This document shows, in pieces, positions 10,281 through 18,318 of a stretch of DNA of 48,687 bases. Every line of letters begins with the position of its first letter. Position 1 is the first letter of the stretch. The position numbers and the translations under genes were made by a program. The stretch covers positions 1 through 48,687 of IMG/VR virus record IMGVR_UViG_3300037467_001959; one strand, written 5' to 3'. Origin of the DNA: a virus (Duplodnaviria; Caudoviricetes). Below the pieces are notes generated by a model. That model saw only the letters and a program-made list of their open reading frames with translations, was not told the DNA's origin and did no database searches.

Positions 10281-12172
10281 TGATCGAGAAGCTCGCCCCC
10301 GAGCCGGGCGCCATGCTGCGTACGGCCACGCGAGATGCCGATCTCGGCTTCCACATCACCGCCTCCTGGGCTGACGTCCAGCGCAAGGCCAAGCGGATCC
10401 GGGCCGAGGGCGGCGTGACGATTGTCGTCGCCTCGAACGACGGCATCGGCGGCCACGTCAAGGGCGACCACGGCACCTACGAGGCGCTGCTGGTCTACCG
10501 GCCCGGCACGAAAAAGGTGGCCGACTGGACCTGCGGCTGCAAGTGGGCGGCCTACGCCTTCGATCGCAGTCCGGCGTTCGCCCGGTTCGAGGGCCGCAAG
10601 TGCTCGCACGCGCTGGCGCTCCAGTTCGAGGCCCAGAGCCAGGGCATGTTCGGCAAGGAGGTTCACCCCTCCGAGCCGACGTCGCGCGAGCGCTCGATCG
10701 TGCGGTACGACCCGGATTCGGGCGAGCACGTCTTCGCGCGACCCTACGAGGGCTCCCTGGTCGGCACGCTGGTCGCGCGGCTGCGCGAAGAGGACGCCGA
10801 CCCCGGCGAGGTCGTTGGCAACCTGGTGCGCGCCGGGGTAAAACACCGTACGGCCGTACTGCTGTGGAAGACCGCCGAGCACGAGGAGGGCGGCGAGCGC
10901 CGCTGTCCGCACTGCGGCGGCTTCATCGGGGTGGAGGCCTTCGAGCACCATCGGTGCCCGCACTGCGGGGCGCCGCTGGGCGGTGAGGGGCACCACGAGG
11001 GCGCGAAGCAGCGGCCGCCCGGCCCACACGTCTCCGGCATCGCGCTCAAGGCACACGACACCGGCCGCGTGCTGATGCTCCAGCGCGGGCTGGACGACCC
11101 CGACGACCCGGCGGCGGGCACCTGGGAGTTCCCGGGCGGCCACCACGAGGAGGGCGACATCTCCAGCCTGCACGCGGGCATCCGCGAGTGGGAGGAGGAG
11201 GTCGGTCAGCAGTTCCCCCTGCACGGCGCGGTCAAGCACGTCTGGGCCTCCCCGAACGGGGTGTACCAGGGGCACGTCGTGGTGATCCCGTCCGAAAAGG
11301 ACCTGTCCATGAAGGACGGACGGGTGGTCCCGAACCCGGACGACCCCAAGGGCGACGGGCACGAGCAGGCCGCCTGGTGGCATCCCGACGACGCGAAGAA
11401 GATCCCGAACCTGCGCGACGAGGTCAAGGCGAACACGCCGTGGAAGGAGATCGCCAAGGCCTCGCTGGACACCGCGAAGGCGGCAGCGGCCTTCGACCCG
11501 ATCTCGAACACCAACCCGCAGCCGGGCCGGGGGACCAGCGCGCCCGCGCACTCGAACACCACGAACCCGGCCAGCACCGGCTGGGCCGCGAGCGAGGACC
11601 CGGACAACTGGGACAACCTGGACGCCAACCCTGAGCCGCTGACGCCGTCGCTCGGCTTCGATGCGGTGCTGCACGACGAGCCCGAGCCCGCGCTGCCGAC
11701 GACCTACGGTGACGAGGACGCCACCATGCGCCCGGCCGAGATGACCCAGGACGACCTCGATCCGATCCCGGACAACCCGCCCGCGCAGATGGTGCCGGAC
11801 CAGGATGCGAACATCCACTTGCTCGATGGTGGTAGCTCGCTGCCGAACAGCTACCACGCAAGCGCCGTGCCGGAGAGTCAGGAGGTGGCCGACGTGATCG
11901 CCGCCTTCCAGCGCACGGCCGCCGGGCAGGAGCTGTTGACCGCCGCCGCGAGCAAGCCCGACGACGACATCGCGGCGGCCGCGAAGGCGCACCTGGCCAA
12001 GGAGGCGGCGGCCAAGTTCGATTTCGCCGAGCAGCAGGAACTGATCAACGAGGGGAACGACGGCCGGAAGGCGCGCAACCTCGGGGACCTCAAGATCGAG
12101 GGGACCCACTACGAGCTGCTGGAGGCAGCCCTCTCCCACCAGGACGCCGATCCGTCCGACATCTTTTGCTGA
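10280..12172 (+). CDS. SWIM Zn-finger, Zn ribbon and NUDIX hydrolase multidomain head protein
   Basis: WTCGCKW...KCSH (SWIM CxC...CxH); CPHC twice; NUDIX box WEFPGGHHEEGDISSLHAGIREWEEEVG. Confidence 0.85.
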   Translation: MIEKLAPEPGAMLRTATRDADLGFHITASWADVQRKAKRIRAEGGVTIVVASNDGIGGHVKGDHGTYEALLVYRPGTKKVADWTCGCKWAAYAFDRSPAFARFEGRKCSHALALQFEAQSQGMFGKEVHPSEPTSRERSIVRYDPDSGEHVFARPYEGSLVGTLVARLREEDADPGEVVGNLVRAGVKHRTAVLLWKTAEHEEGGERRCPHCGGFIGVEAFEHHRCPHCGAPLGGEGHHEGAKQRPPGPHVSGIALKAHDTGRVLMLQRGLDDPDDPAAGTWEFPGGHHEEGDISSLHAGIREWEEEVGQQFPLHGAVKHVWASPNGVYQGHVVVIPSEKDLSMKDGRVVPNPDDPKGDGHEQAAWWHPDDAKKIPNLRDEVKANTPWKEIAKASLDTAKAAAAFDPISNTNPQPGRGTSAPAHSNTTNPASTGWAASEDPDNWDNLDANPEPLTPSLGFDAVLHDEPEPALPTTYGDEDATMRPAEMTQDDLDPIPDNPPAQMVPDQDANIHLLDGGSSLPNSYHASAVPESQEVADVIAAFQRTAAGQELLTAAASKPDDDIAAAAKAHLAKEAAAKFDFAEQQELINEGNDGRKARNLGDLKIEGTHYELLEAALSHQDADPSDIFC

Positions 12173-12186
12173 TCAAGGAGAACCGC

Positions 12187-12609
12187 ATGACCGACGTCAC
12201 CCCCGTCGAGGAAGCGCCAGAGGAGACTCCGGCCGTCGCCGAAGAGACGCCCTGGAGTCCCTTCCCGGACCAGGACGCCGCCGTCTTCGAGGTGCACAAG
12301 CCGGTGAACGAGGCGCAGCTGCACGACGAGCTGGAGAAGGCCCTGGACGTTCCGATCCAGCTCTCGACCTCGCAGACGCCCGGGGACAGCTCCAGCACGC
12401 TGTGGCTGGTGCCGGGCGACGTCGACCGCGAGCAGGTCCAGGCGATCATCGACGAGCACGTGGCCAACCCCGAGTGGGGCGTCCCGAGCAGCACCCGCGA
12501 CTTCCTCGCGCTGGTCCGCAAGGTGATCGAGGACGAGAACTACCAGCTGAACCAGGACGAGGTCCAGACCGCGCTCAAGGGGCTCATCCTCCGGTCGCAG
12601 GGAGCGTAA
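12187..12609 (+). CDS. Hypothetical acidic protein (140 aa)
   Basis: AAGGAG RBS 6 nt before ATG 12187; codon bias. Confidence 0.75.
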   Translation: MTDVTPVEEAPEETPAVAEETPWSPFPDQDAAVFEVHKPVNEAQLHDELEKALDVPIQLSTSQTPGDSSSTLWLVPGDVDREQVQAIIDEHVANPEWGVPSSTRDFLALVRKVIEDENYQLNQDEVQTALKGLILRSQGA

Positions 12610-12619
12610 TCACCTGATC

Positions 12620-12657
12620 ATTCAGGGCCACAGACTCTCCTGTCCGTGGCCCTGGAT
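12620..12657 (+). terminator. Stem-loop after gene 12187, overlapping the next promoter motif
   Basis: CAGGGCCACAGAC / GTCCGTGGCCCTG inverted repeat with one mismatch. Confidence 0.55.
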
Positions 12658-12674
12658 CTGGTGCCAATTTGCGA
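12639..12674 (+). promoter_or_regulatory. Putative phage late-promoter motif
   Basis: CCTGTC-N19-CCAA-TTTG-CGA before AAAGGAGG and GTG 12689. Confidence 0.7.
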
Positions 12675-12688
12675 CAAAGGAGGTATTC

Positions 12689-12847
12689 GTGGAACTGCTC
12701 GTTCTGATCTTGGCCATCCTCGCCGTGGCCGGTACCGCGCTGCACGCGATCCTGTGGGCCACGGTCCCGAGCTACCGCAGCCCGCTGCTGTTCCACATCG
12801 CGGCGCTCTGCGGCTTCGTCGCCGTGCTCGTCCTGGCGCTGAAGTAG
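12689..12847 (+). CDS. Small two-TM membrane protein, holin-like (52 aa; absent from the ORF track)
   Basis: AAAGGAGG RBS; MELLVLILAILAVAGTALHAILWATVPSYRSPLLFHIAALCGFVAVLVLALK. Confidence 0.75.
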   Translation: MELLVLILAILAVAGTALHAILWATVPSYRSPLLFHIAALCGFVAVLVLALK

Positions 12848-12905
12848 CCCTCGGCGGGCCCGACCCCGTAACTGCACGTCCGTCAGGTGACGAGGAGATT
12901 CCGCC

Positions 12906-13331
12906 GTGCCGATGCGTCCGCTTCCGCGATGGCTGCACCTCCTCGCCTACCTGTTCATGAGCGTCTCGGCCGTCATGTCGTTCTTCGTCCCGTTGGCCAG
13001 CTTCGCACTGGTCAGTTGGAAGATCTACATCTACGTGTGGGCCGCGTCGCTGACCGTGGGAGGCCTCGTGGGTGTCCTGGGTGCATCCCTGCGAAACCTC
13101 GGATTCGAGCTGGCGGCCATCACGCTGCTGCTGACCGGCTACGCCGCGTACACCGTGATCCTGGTGGTGCGCGCCATGCAGCTGATCGACAACCACCGGG
13201 TCGCGGAGCTTCCCGGTCTCGTTTACGTCCTGTTCAGCACACTCGCGCTGTGCCTGCTGCTGGTCCGGCGCTACAGCGAGCTGTGGCAGGTCTTTCACCA
13301 CGCGCCTCGGGTACGGGGTGGCACAGAGTGA
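12906..13331 (+). CDS. Four-TM membrane protein (lysis cassette, holin-like)
   Basis: GAGGAG RBS; four hydrophobic segments. Confidence 0.75.
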   Translation: MPMRPLPRWLHLLAYLFMSVSAVMSFFVPLASFALVSWKIYIYVWAASLTVGGLVGVLGASLRNLGFELAAITLLLTGYAAYTVILVVRAMQLIDNHRVAELPGLVYVLFSTLALCLLLVRRYSELWQVFHHAPRVRGGTE

Positions 13332-13627
13332 ACCTTGAGCTGATCCTGGGCGCCGTTTTTGGCGGCGGATTCGCCACCCTGGTTGCCACCGTGGCTAGGG
13401 TTATAGATGGTCGCCGGAAGGGCCGGATAGAGTCGGAAGACTCTGTCATCACCCGGCTTGAGGCCGAGAACCGGCGAGCGAACTTGCGTGCCGATGAGGC
13501 TGAGATGGAGACCGAGGACTACCGCAAACGGATGCACAACGCCGAGGATGAGGCAGCTCGATACCGGCGAGCGCTGATCCAGAACGACATCCCAGTACCC
13601 GGTGAGGGGACTGGCCATGTCCATTGA
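13328..13627 (+). CDS. N-terminal TM plus coiled-coil protein (lysis cassette)
   Basis: GTGA overlap; LILGAVFGGGFATLVATVA followed by a charged helix; architecture common in actinophage lysis cassettes. Confidence 0.7.
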   Translation: MNLELILGAVFGGGFATLVATVARVIDGRRKGRIESEDSVITRLEAENRRANLRADEAEMETEDYRKRMHNAEDEAARYRRALIQNDIPVPGEGTGHVH

Positions 13628-14555
13628 TCCGACGTTGACGCCCCAGGCGAACCTCTTGCTCGTCGAGCACGAACAGCTCCGCCGTCGAGAGAAGTGGCGC
13701 AGCTTCCTCGGCCGCCTGAGCATGGCGGGGATGGCGGTAGCTCTCCTGGCTGCGCTCTTCGCCATCCCCACCGCCAAGGTCGACGCGGTGACCCAGGAGA
13801 AGGACACCGCTGTCACCCAGCTCGGCACCGTGGGCCAGGTGGCGAACACCACCTCGGACAAGAACACCGAGTTGTGCCTGCGCGGCGGGGCGGCGGCCAA
13901 GGAGATGGAGCAGGCCGGTCTCTGCGAGCTGGCCAAGCAGCTGAAGCAGGCCATCATCGCAGCTGCGCCCCCGGGTGTCCCTGGTGCGCAGGGCGCCCAG
14001 GGCAAGCAGGGTGAGCCCGGCATCGCCGGGTCCAACGGGCGCGGCATCACCTCCACGGCGATCGTGGGCGGCCATTTCCAGGTCTCGTATACCGATGGCA
14101 CCACCGAGGACAAGGGAGTCGTCACCGGCTCCCAGGGCCCGGCTGGACGCGGCATCACCGGCTCGATCATCAACAACGGCCGTCTCGTGCTGGTCTACTC
14201 CGACGGCAAGAGCGAGGACGTTGGCCAGGTGGTCGGGAAGGACGGGCAGCCTGGCGCGAACGGTAAAAACGGCGACCCGGGCAAGGATGGCGCTCCGGGT
14301 CGCGGCATCACCGGCGTCACCACCGATGGCGGGCATCTGATCGTCACCTATACCGACGGCACCACCGCCGACGCCGGGCCGCTGCCCCAGGGCCCGCAGG
14401 GCAACGACGGCAAGCCGCCGCTGAGCTGGGTCGTGCACAACCCCGACGGCTCGACGACGGACTGTCAACGCACTCAGAGCTTCGACTTCCAGAACCCGAC
14501 CTACGACTGCACCCGCACGGCCCCGTCCGTCTCTGGCTTGCTCGGCGGCCGCTGA
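13617..14555 (+). CDS. Membrane-anchored collagen-like (Gly-X-Y) protein
   Basis: One TM helix; GXY runs alternating with three GRGIT...G.L.V.Y.DG repeats. Confidence 0.8.
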   Translation: MSIDPTLTPQANLLLVEHEQLRRREKWRSFLGRLSMAGMAVALLAALFAIPTAKVDAVTQEKDTAVTQLGTVGQVANTTSDKNTELCLRGGAAAKEMEQAGLCELAKQLKQAIIAAAPPGVPGAQGAQGKQGEPGIAGSNGRGITSTAIVGGHFQVSYTDGTTEDKGVVTGSQGPAGRGITGSIINNGRLVLVYSDGKSEDVGQVVGKDGQPGANGKNGDPGKDGAPGRGITGVTTDGGHLIVTYTDGTTADAGPLPQGPQGNDGKPPLSWVVHNPDGSTTDCQRTQSFDFQNPTYDCTRTAPSVSGLLGGR

Positions 14556-14592
14556 ACTGTCACCAGCTCACCTCGCGCCGCCCAATGGGCGA
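14556..14592 (+). promoter_or_regulatory. Putative phage late-promoter motif for the protease gene
   Basis: ACTGTC-N20-CCAA-TGGG-CGA. Confidence 0.65.
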
Positions 14593-14614
14593 GCAGGAAC
14601 GAGGTGAGCTGGTG
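14561..14614 (+). promoter_or_regulatory. Perfect 15-bp inverted repeat occluding the protease RBS and start codon
   Basis: CACCAGCTCACCTCG (14561-14575) / CGAGGTGAGCTGGTG (14600-14614). Confidence 0.75.
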
Positions 14615-15396
14615 TGCTGAAGAAGCGGGCGACCGCCCTGATCATCGACGCGATGGAGCCACCCCGGCGAGGGCTGATCCGGAACGCTGCTCGACATGAG
14701 TTCCAGTACGAGCCGAGGCGCGGGATGATCTACGCGCGGTCGCGCATGATCTCGAACCGGGTGAACGACAACTGGGACGGCTTCCCGGCCGAGGAGATCG
14801 CCTCGGAGAAGCCCGGCTACGGCTGGAAGACCTTCTTCGGCAAGCCCGCCTTCGTCAACCACCACAACGAGAACCACCGACGGGCGCGGGGTGTGATCGT
14901 GGACGCCGTGCTGCATCGGCACCACCAGCCCGACGGCACGCCGGACATCTGGGTCGAGGGCTTGCATGAAGTCGACGCGGAGACCTTCCCCAAGCTCGCG
15001 CGCGCCATTCTGCTGAAGAAGATCGACAAGACCTCGATGGGGGTCGATGTCGACTACTCGGTCTGTTCGGCGTGCGGGAACAAGGCCTACGACACCTTCA
15101 GTTACTGCCAACACATCCCGGGGATGAAGGGCAAGAAGTACTTCGCCTCCGGCGGGCCGGGCAAGTTCGTCTTCGAGCAGTGCTTCGGCCTGCGGTTCTT
15201 CGAGAACAGCCTGTTGGTCGAGGACCCCGCCGACCCGACCGCCATGTTCACCTCCGAGCCGGTCACCGGGCCGGGGCTCGACCACCTCACCGCCGGACTC
15301 CAGCGCACGGCCTCTCGCCGCACGCCGAGCCGGTTCACCCCCATCGAAGACCCAGGGCCGCGCTTCGCGGAGTGGTACGAAAGGAACGGCGCATGA
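14614..15396 (+). CDS. Capsid maturation (prohead) protease
   Basis: SNRVNDNWDGFP, FVNHHN, KTSMG, CSACGN...CQH and FFENSLLVEDPADPTA motifs of the Bxz1-type protease family. Confidence 0.85.
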   Translation: MLKKRATALIIDAMEPPRRGLIRNAARHEFQYEPRRGMIYARSRMISNRVNDNWDGFPAEEIASEKPGYGWKTFFGKPAFVNHHNENHRRARGVIVDAVLHRHHQPDGTPDIWVEGLHEVDAETFPKLARAILLKKIDKTSMGVDVDYSVCSACGNKAYDTFSYCQHIPGMKGKKYFASGGPGKFVFEQCFGLRFFENSLLVEDPADPTAMFTSEPVTGPGLDHLTAGLQRTASRRTPSRFTPIEDPGPRFAEWYERNGA

Positions 15397-16472
15397 CCGG
15401 GCCGCTGCTGTCGGATTTCATCGCGCGCGAGGCAGCGCGGTACAGCCACCCTTCCGAGCACCCGTGGTTCAAGGCGAACCCGGTGCACTCGGACCACATC
15501 GTGGACCACTGGAACCAAGCCACGGATGACGAGAAGGCCCAGGGCAAGCGCTGGTACCCGGACGCGCACCTGGTGGCCAAGTCGATCGCCAAGCTGGCTC
15601 CGATCCGGCCGGAGAAGACGGCGGACGCGGCGGCCTACCACGGGGCCCTGGCCGACCACGAGCACCGCAAGGCGGCCGCGATGGCGGCGGGCAAGCCGTT
15701 CAACGAGGAGCCGCCGAAGGAGCCGCACGACCTGCGCCACCCGCTCGGTGACGCGCACCTGGGCGCCTCGATGCTGGCCATCTACAGCCCGCAGCAGGGC
15801 TGGGCTGGGAACATGCACAACGCCGCGCGCGTGCTGCACGAGGGCAAGGGCATCGGCGGGCCGGGCTCCGGCATGTTCGCCTCCAAGAGCCAGGCCGCCT
15901 CGGCGGACAAGGTGCTGGCGGGCGGCCACATGCACGAGGCCGTCTCCGGCCCGAAGATTCGCGACTTCGGCCACCTGATCGAGCACGGCGGCGATGAGCA
16001 CCCCGAGGGTCACCCCGAGCACCAGTCGCATGTGGTCATCGACCGGCACGCGCTGGGCGTCGCCACCGGCAAGCGGCTCTCGAACGATGACTACGGCTCG
16101 GCGCCGGTGGCCGCCGCGTCCAAGCGCAAGAACGGCACGATCCCGCGCTCGGCGGGCTATGACCACGTGGTGAACGCCTACCACGAGGCAGGCAAGCGGA
16201 TCTCCAAGATGGAGGGCGAGCACATTCCCGGGCACGCCGTCCAGGCCACCACCTGGCTGGTGCGCCAGCGTCTGAACCAGGAGGGCGAGAAGGCCGCCAC
16301 CGGCAACGACGTCCGGCTGAACAAGGGCCGCGAGGTCTCACGCACAAACGCCGAGAACGCCTGGGACGACTTCCGCAAGAAGCATCTGCCCGAGATGGAG
16401 CACAGCGGTCCCGGCACCGGCTACGTCAAGGAGTCGCGGCGAGGTGGTGCTAGCTTTCGAGCTGCCCCGTAA
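15393..16472 (+). CDS. His-rich HhH-GPD/DNA-glycosylase-like protein
   Basis: ATGA overlap with AAAGGA RBS; G.RWY, YSPQQGW..N, GPKIRDF, VVIDRHA and VQATTW motifs; true start 15393 rather than 15072. Confidence 0.65.
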   Translation: MTGPLLSDFIAREAARYSHPSEHPWFKANPVHSDHIVDHWNQATDDEKAQGKRWYPDAHLVAKSIAKLAPIRPEKTADAAAYHGALADHEHRKAAAMAAGKPFNEEPPKEPHDLRHPLGDAHLGASMLAIYSPQQGWAGNMHNAARVLHEGKGIGGPGSGMFASKSQAASADKVLAGGHMHEAVSGPKIRDFGHLIEHGGDEHPEGHPEHQSHVVIDRHALGVATGKRLSNDDYGSAPVAAASKRKNGTIPRSAGYDHVVNAYHEAGKRISKMEGEHIPGHAVQATTWLVRQRLNQEGEKAATGNDVRLNKGREVSRTNAENAWDDFRKKHLPEMEHSGPGTGYVKESRRGGASFRAAP

Positions 16473-17169
16473 CGGGGCCCAGAAGCTCGCCTACGGGGAG
16501 ACCATCGCCCCGCCGAAGGTGGACACCCTCCGGGACGAGAACTGCCCGATCTGCGGCGAGGACAACGCCTACGACGGCCACCGCTGTTCGATCTGCGGGT
16601 ACGTCGCGCCGCCGAGCCCGTTCAAGGACCCGGACCTGGGCATGGCCAGCCGGATCGACCTGCGTCACCAGCAGGACCAGTTCGACCAGTCGATGATGAC
16701 CGACCCGGACCGGATGGCCGAGCAGGAGCAGGGCGGCACGCTGATCTGCAACAACTGCGGCACCGAGTTCCCCCAGGAGCCGCCGGAGACCGTCGACACC
16801 GACGAGGCCGCGCCGGACGTCTCCGCCGAGGAGACCGAGCTGGGCGAGGGCGCCGCCGAGGGCGACATCTGCCCGGCGTGCGAGCAGGGAACCCTCGTAG
16901 CCCAGGACGTCGTGGCCGATGAAGAAGCCCAGGACGGCGAGATCGACCCCGACGAGGAAGACCCCGACGCTCAGGGTGAGGGCAATCCCTTCGGCGGTGC
17001 GGATCCCGATGAGGACGAGGACCAGGACGGTGTCCCGGACGACGAAGAGGACGAAGACGAGGAGGAACCGCCCGGCGTGGCGGTGAAGTCCTCCGATGGT
17101 CCCGAGGACGACGACGACGAGGACGACGACCAGCCTGTCCGCAAGCCCAAGCCCAAGCCCAAGCAGTGA
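16444..17169 (+). CDS. Zn-ribbon protein with acidic tail (protease/scaffold-associated)
   Basis: AYGETIAPPKVDTLR, four CxxC pairs, D/E-rich C-terminus; AAGGAG upstream. Confidence 0.75.
   Translation: MVLAFELPRNGAQKLAYGETIAPPKVDTLRDENCPICGEDNAYDGHRCSICGYVAPPSPFKDPDLGMASRIDLRHQQDQFDQSMMTDPDRMAEQEQGGTLICNNCGTEFPQEPPETVDTDEAAPDVSAEETELGEGAAEGDICPACEQGTLVAQDVVADEEAQDGEIDPDEEDPDAQGEGNPFGGADPDEDEDQDGVPDDEEDEDEEEPPGVAVKSSDGPEDDDDEDDDQPVRKPKPKPKQ
17134..17169 (+). promoter_or_regulatory. Putative phage late-promoter motif embedded in a gene 3' end
   Basis: CCTGTC-N19-CCAA-GCAG-TGA, where the TGA is also the stop codon; upstream of gene 17200. Confidence 0.6.
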
Positions 17170-17199
17170 CCCCAGATGATCGAAGGTGGAGAGTAGATC

Positions 17200-18147
17200 A
17201 TGACCCGTACCGCACTGGCCGCGCTGGCTGACCAGCAGAAGCAGATCGAGGGCATCGAGGCCGCCCAGCGCAAGCAGGCATCGGCGACGACCGACAGCCT
17301 CGCCAGCGTCCTGGACATCGTGAAGGACCAGCAGGGCCAGATCGCCCGGCTGACGGCCGGTCTCCAGTACCTCTCGCGGTGCGCGGGCATGGAGTCCCGG
17401 GTGGCCAGCGCGATGGGTCTCAAGCTCGTCCAGGCCGACGTCCAGAACCCGGCTCAGCCGATCCCCGAGCCGCCCGCCGGTCCGCCGACACAGACCACGC
17501 AGGAGGTCAACACGCCGGAGGCGTTCGCCGACGTGCAGGCGCCGGGTCTGGTCCCGGGCTCGACCCAGGATGTGGCGGCCGACGTGACCACCACGAACTA
17601 CACCCCGGGCGAGGATGTCCCCGCCCCGGCGGTGAAGCAGCTGGTCGACGTCACGCAGCCGGTCGACGGCACGCAGACCCAGCGGCCGCTGAGCGAGACC
17701 AGGACCGACACCGACGTCCGCGTGGGCGATCCGATGAACCCGCAGACGGCCTTCCCGATGCAGCCGTTCATGGCGCCGCAGCGGACCACCGGCTCGGTGC
17801 AGAAGTCGGCCAAGGAGATCGCCGACGACGCCGCGCTGCGCACCATGGCGTCCATCCGGCTGGCCCGGCTCCAGATGCGGGCGGGCATCGCGACCGCCAG
17901 CGAGGGTGCGGTGTCGCCGGACTTCGAGATCGCCGGGCGCATCGAGAAGGACGCGTCCCTCTCGATCCAGGACATCGAGAACCAAATCGCGACGCTGGAC
18001 GCCGTCGTGAAGAAGCAGGCGGGCAGCGACGCCGCACGCAACCAGCGGCTGGTGCCGAAGTCGGCCTCCGGCCGCCAGGCTCCCTCGATGGTCGGCGGTG
18101 GCTCCGCTCCCGCGTTCGACGACGACGCCGAGGGCATCTTCATGTGA
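17200..18147 (+). CDS. Putative capsid scaffolding protein
   Basis: N-terminal coiled coil, P/T-rich repeats, C-terminal DDDAEGIFM; lies between protease and capsid genes. Confidence 0.65.
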   Translation: MTRTALAALADQQKQIEGIEAAQRKQASATTDSLASVLDIVKDQQGQIARLTAGLQYLSRCAGMESRVASAMGLKLVQADVQNPAQPIPEPPAGPPTQTTQEVNTPEAFADVQAPGLVPGSTQDVAADVTTTNYTPGEDVPAPAVKQLVDVTQPVDGTQTQRPLSETRTDTDVRVGDPMNPQTAFPMQPFMAPQRTTGSVQKSAKEIADDAALRTMASIRLARLQMRAGIATASEGAVSPDFEIAGRIEKDASLSIQDIENQIATLDAVVKKQAGSDAARNQRLVPKSASGRQAPSMVGGGSAPAFDDDAEGIFM

Positions 18148-18163
18148 CGCGGTAGGCTCATCC

Positions 18164-18200
18164 GGAAGGCCCCGAATTCCCCCGAGTTCGGGGCCTTTCC
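18164..18200 (+). terminator. Intrinsic terminator-like hairpin
   Basis: AAGGCCCCGAA...TTCGGGGCCTTT. Confidence 0.75.
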
Positions 18201-18210
18201 ACGTCATTAG

Positions 18211-18248
18211 CCTGTTCAACCCCCGAGCGGAACACCGCCAATTTGTGA
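18211..18248 (+). promoter_or_regulatory. Putative phage late-promoter motif for the decoration/capsid operon
   Basis: CCTGTT-N21-CCAA-TTTG-TGA right after a terminator. Confidence 0.7.
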
Positions 18249-18318
18249 AGAGAGGGACGCAACCCGGCGGCGGGGAGCCCTCCACCAAAGAACCTCTTGC
18301 TGGAGGAGGGAAAGACAC

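Noticed and set aside
17145-17162. GCCCAA x3 tandem repeat as a contingency locus
   Set aside because: In-frame KPKPKP coding repeat, too short; its last unit is better explained as the promoter CCAA box
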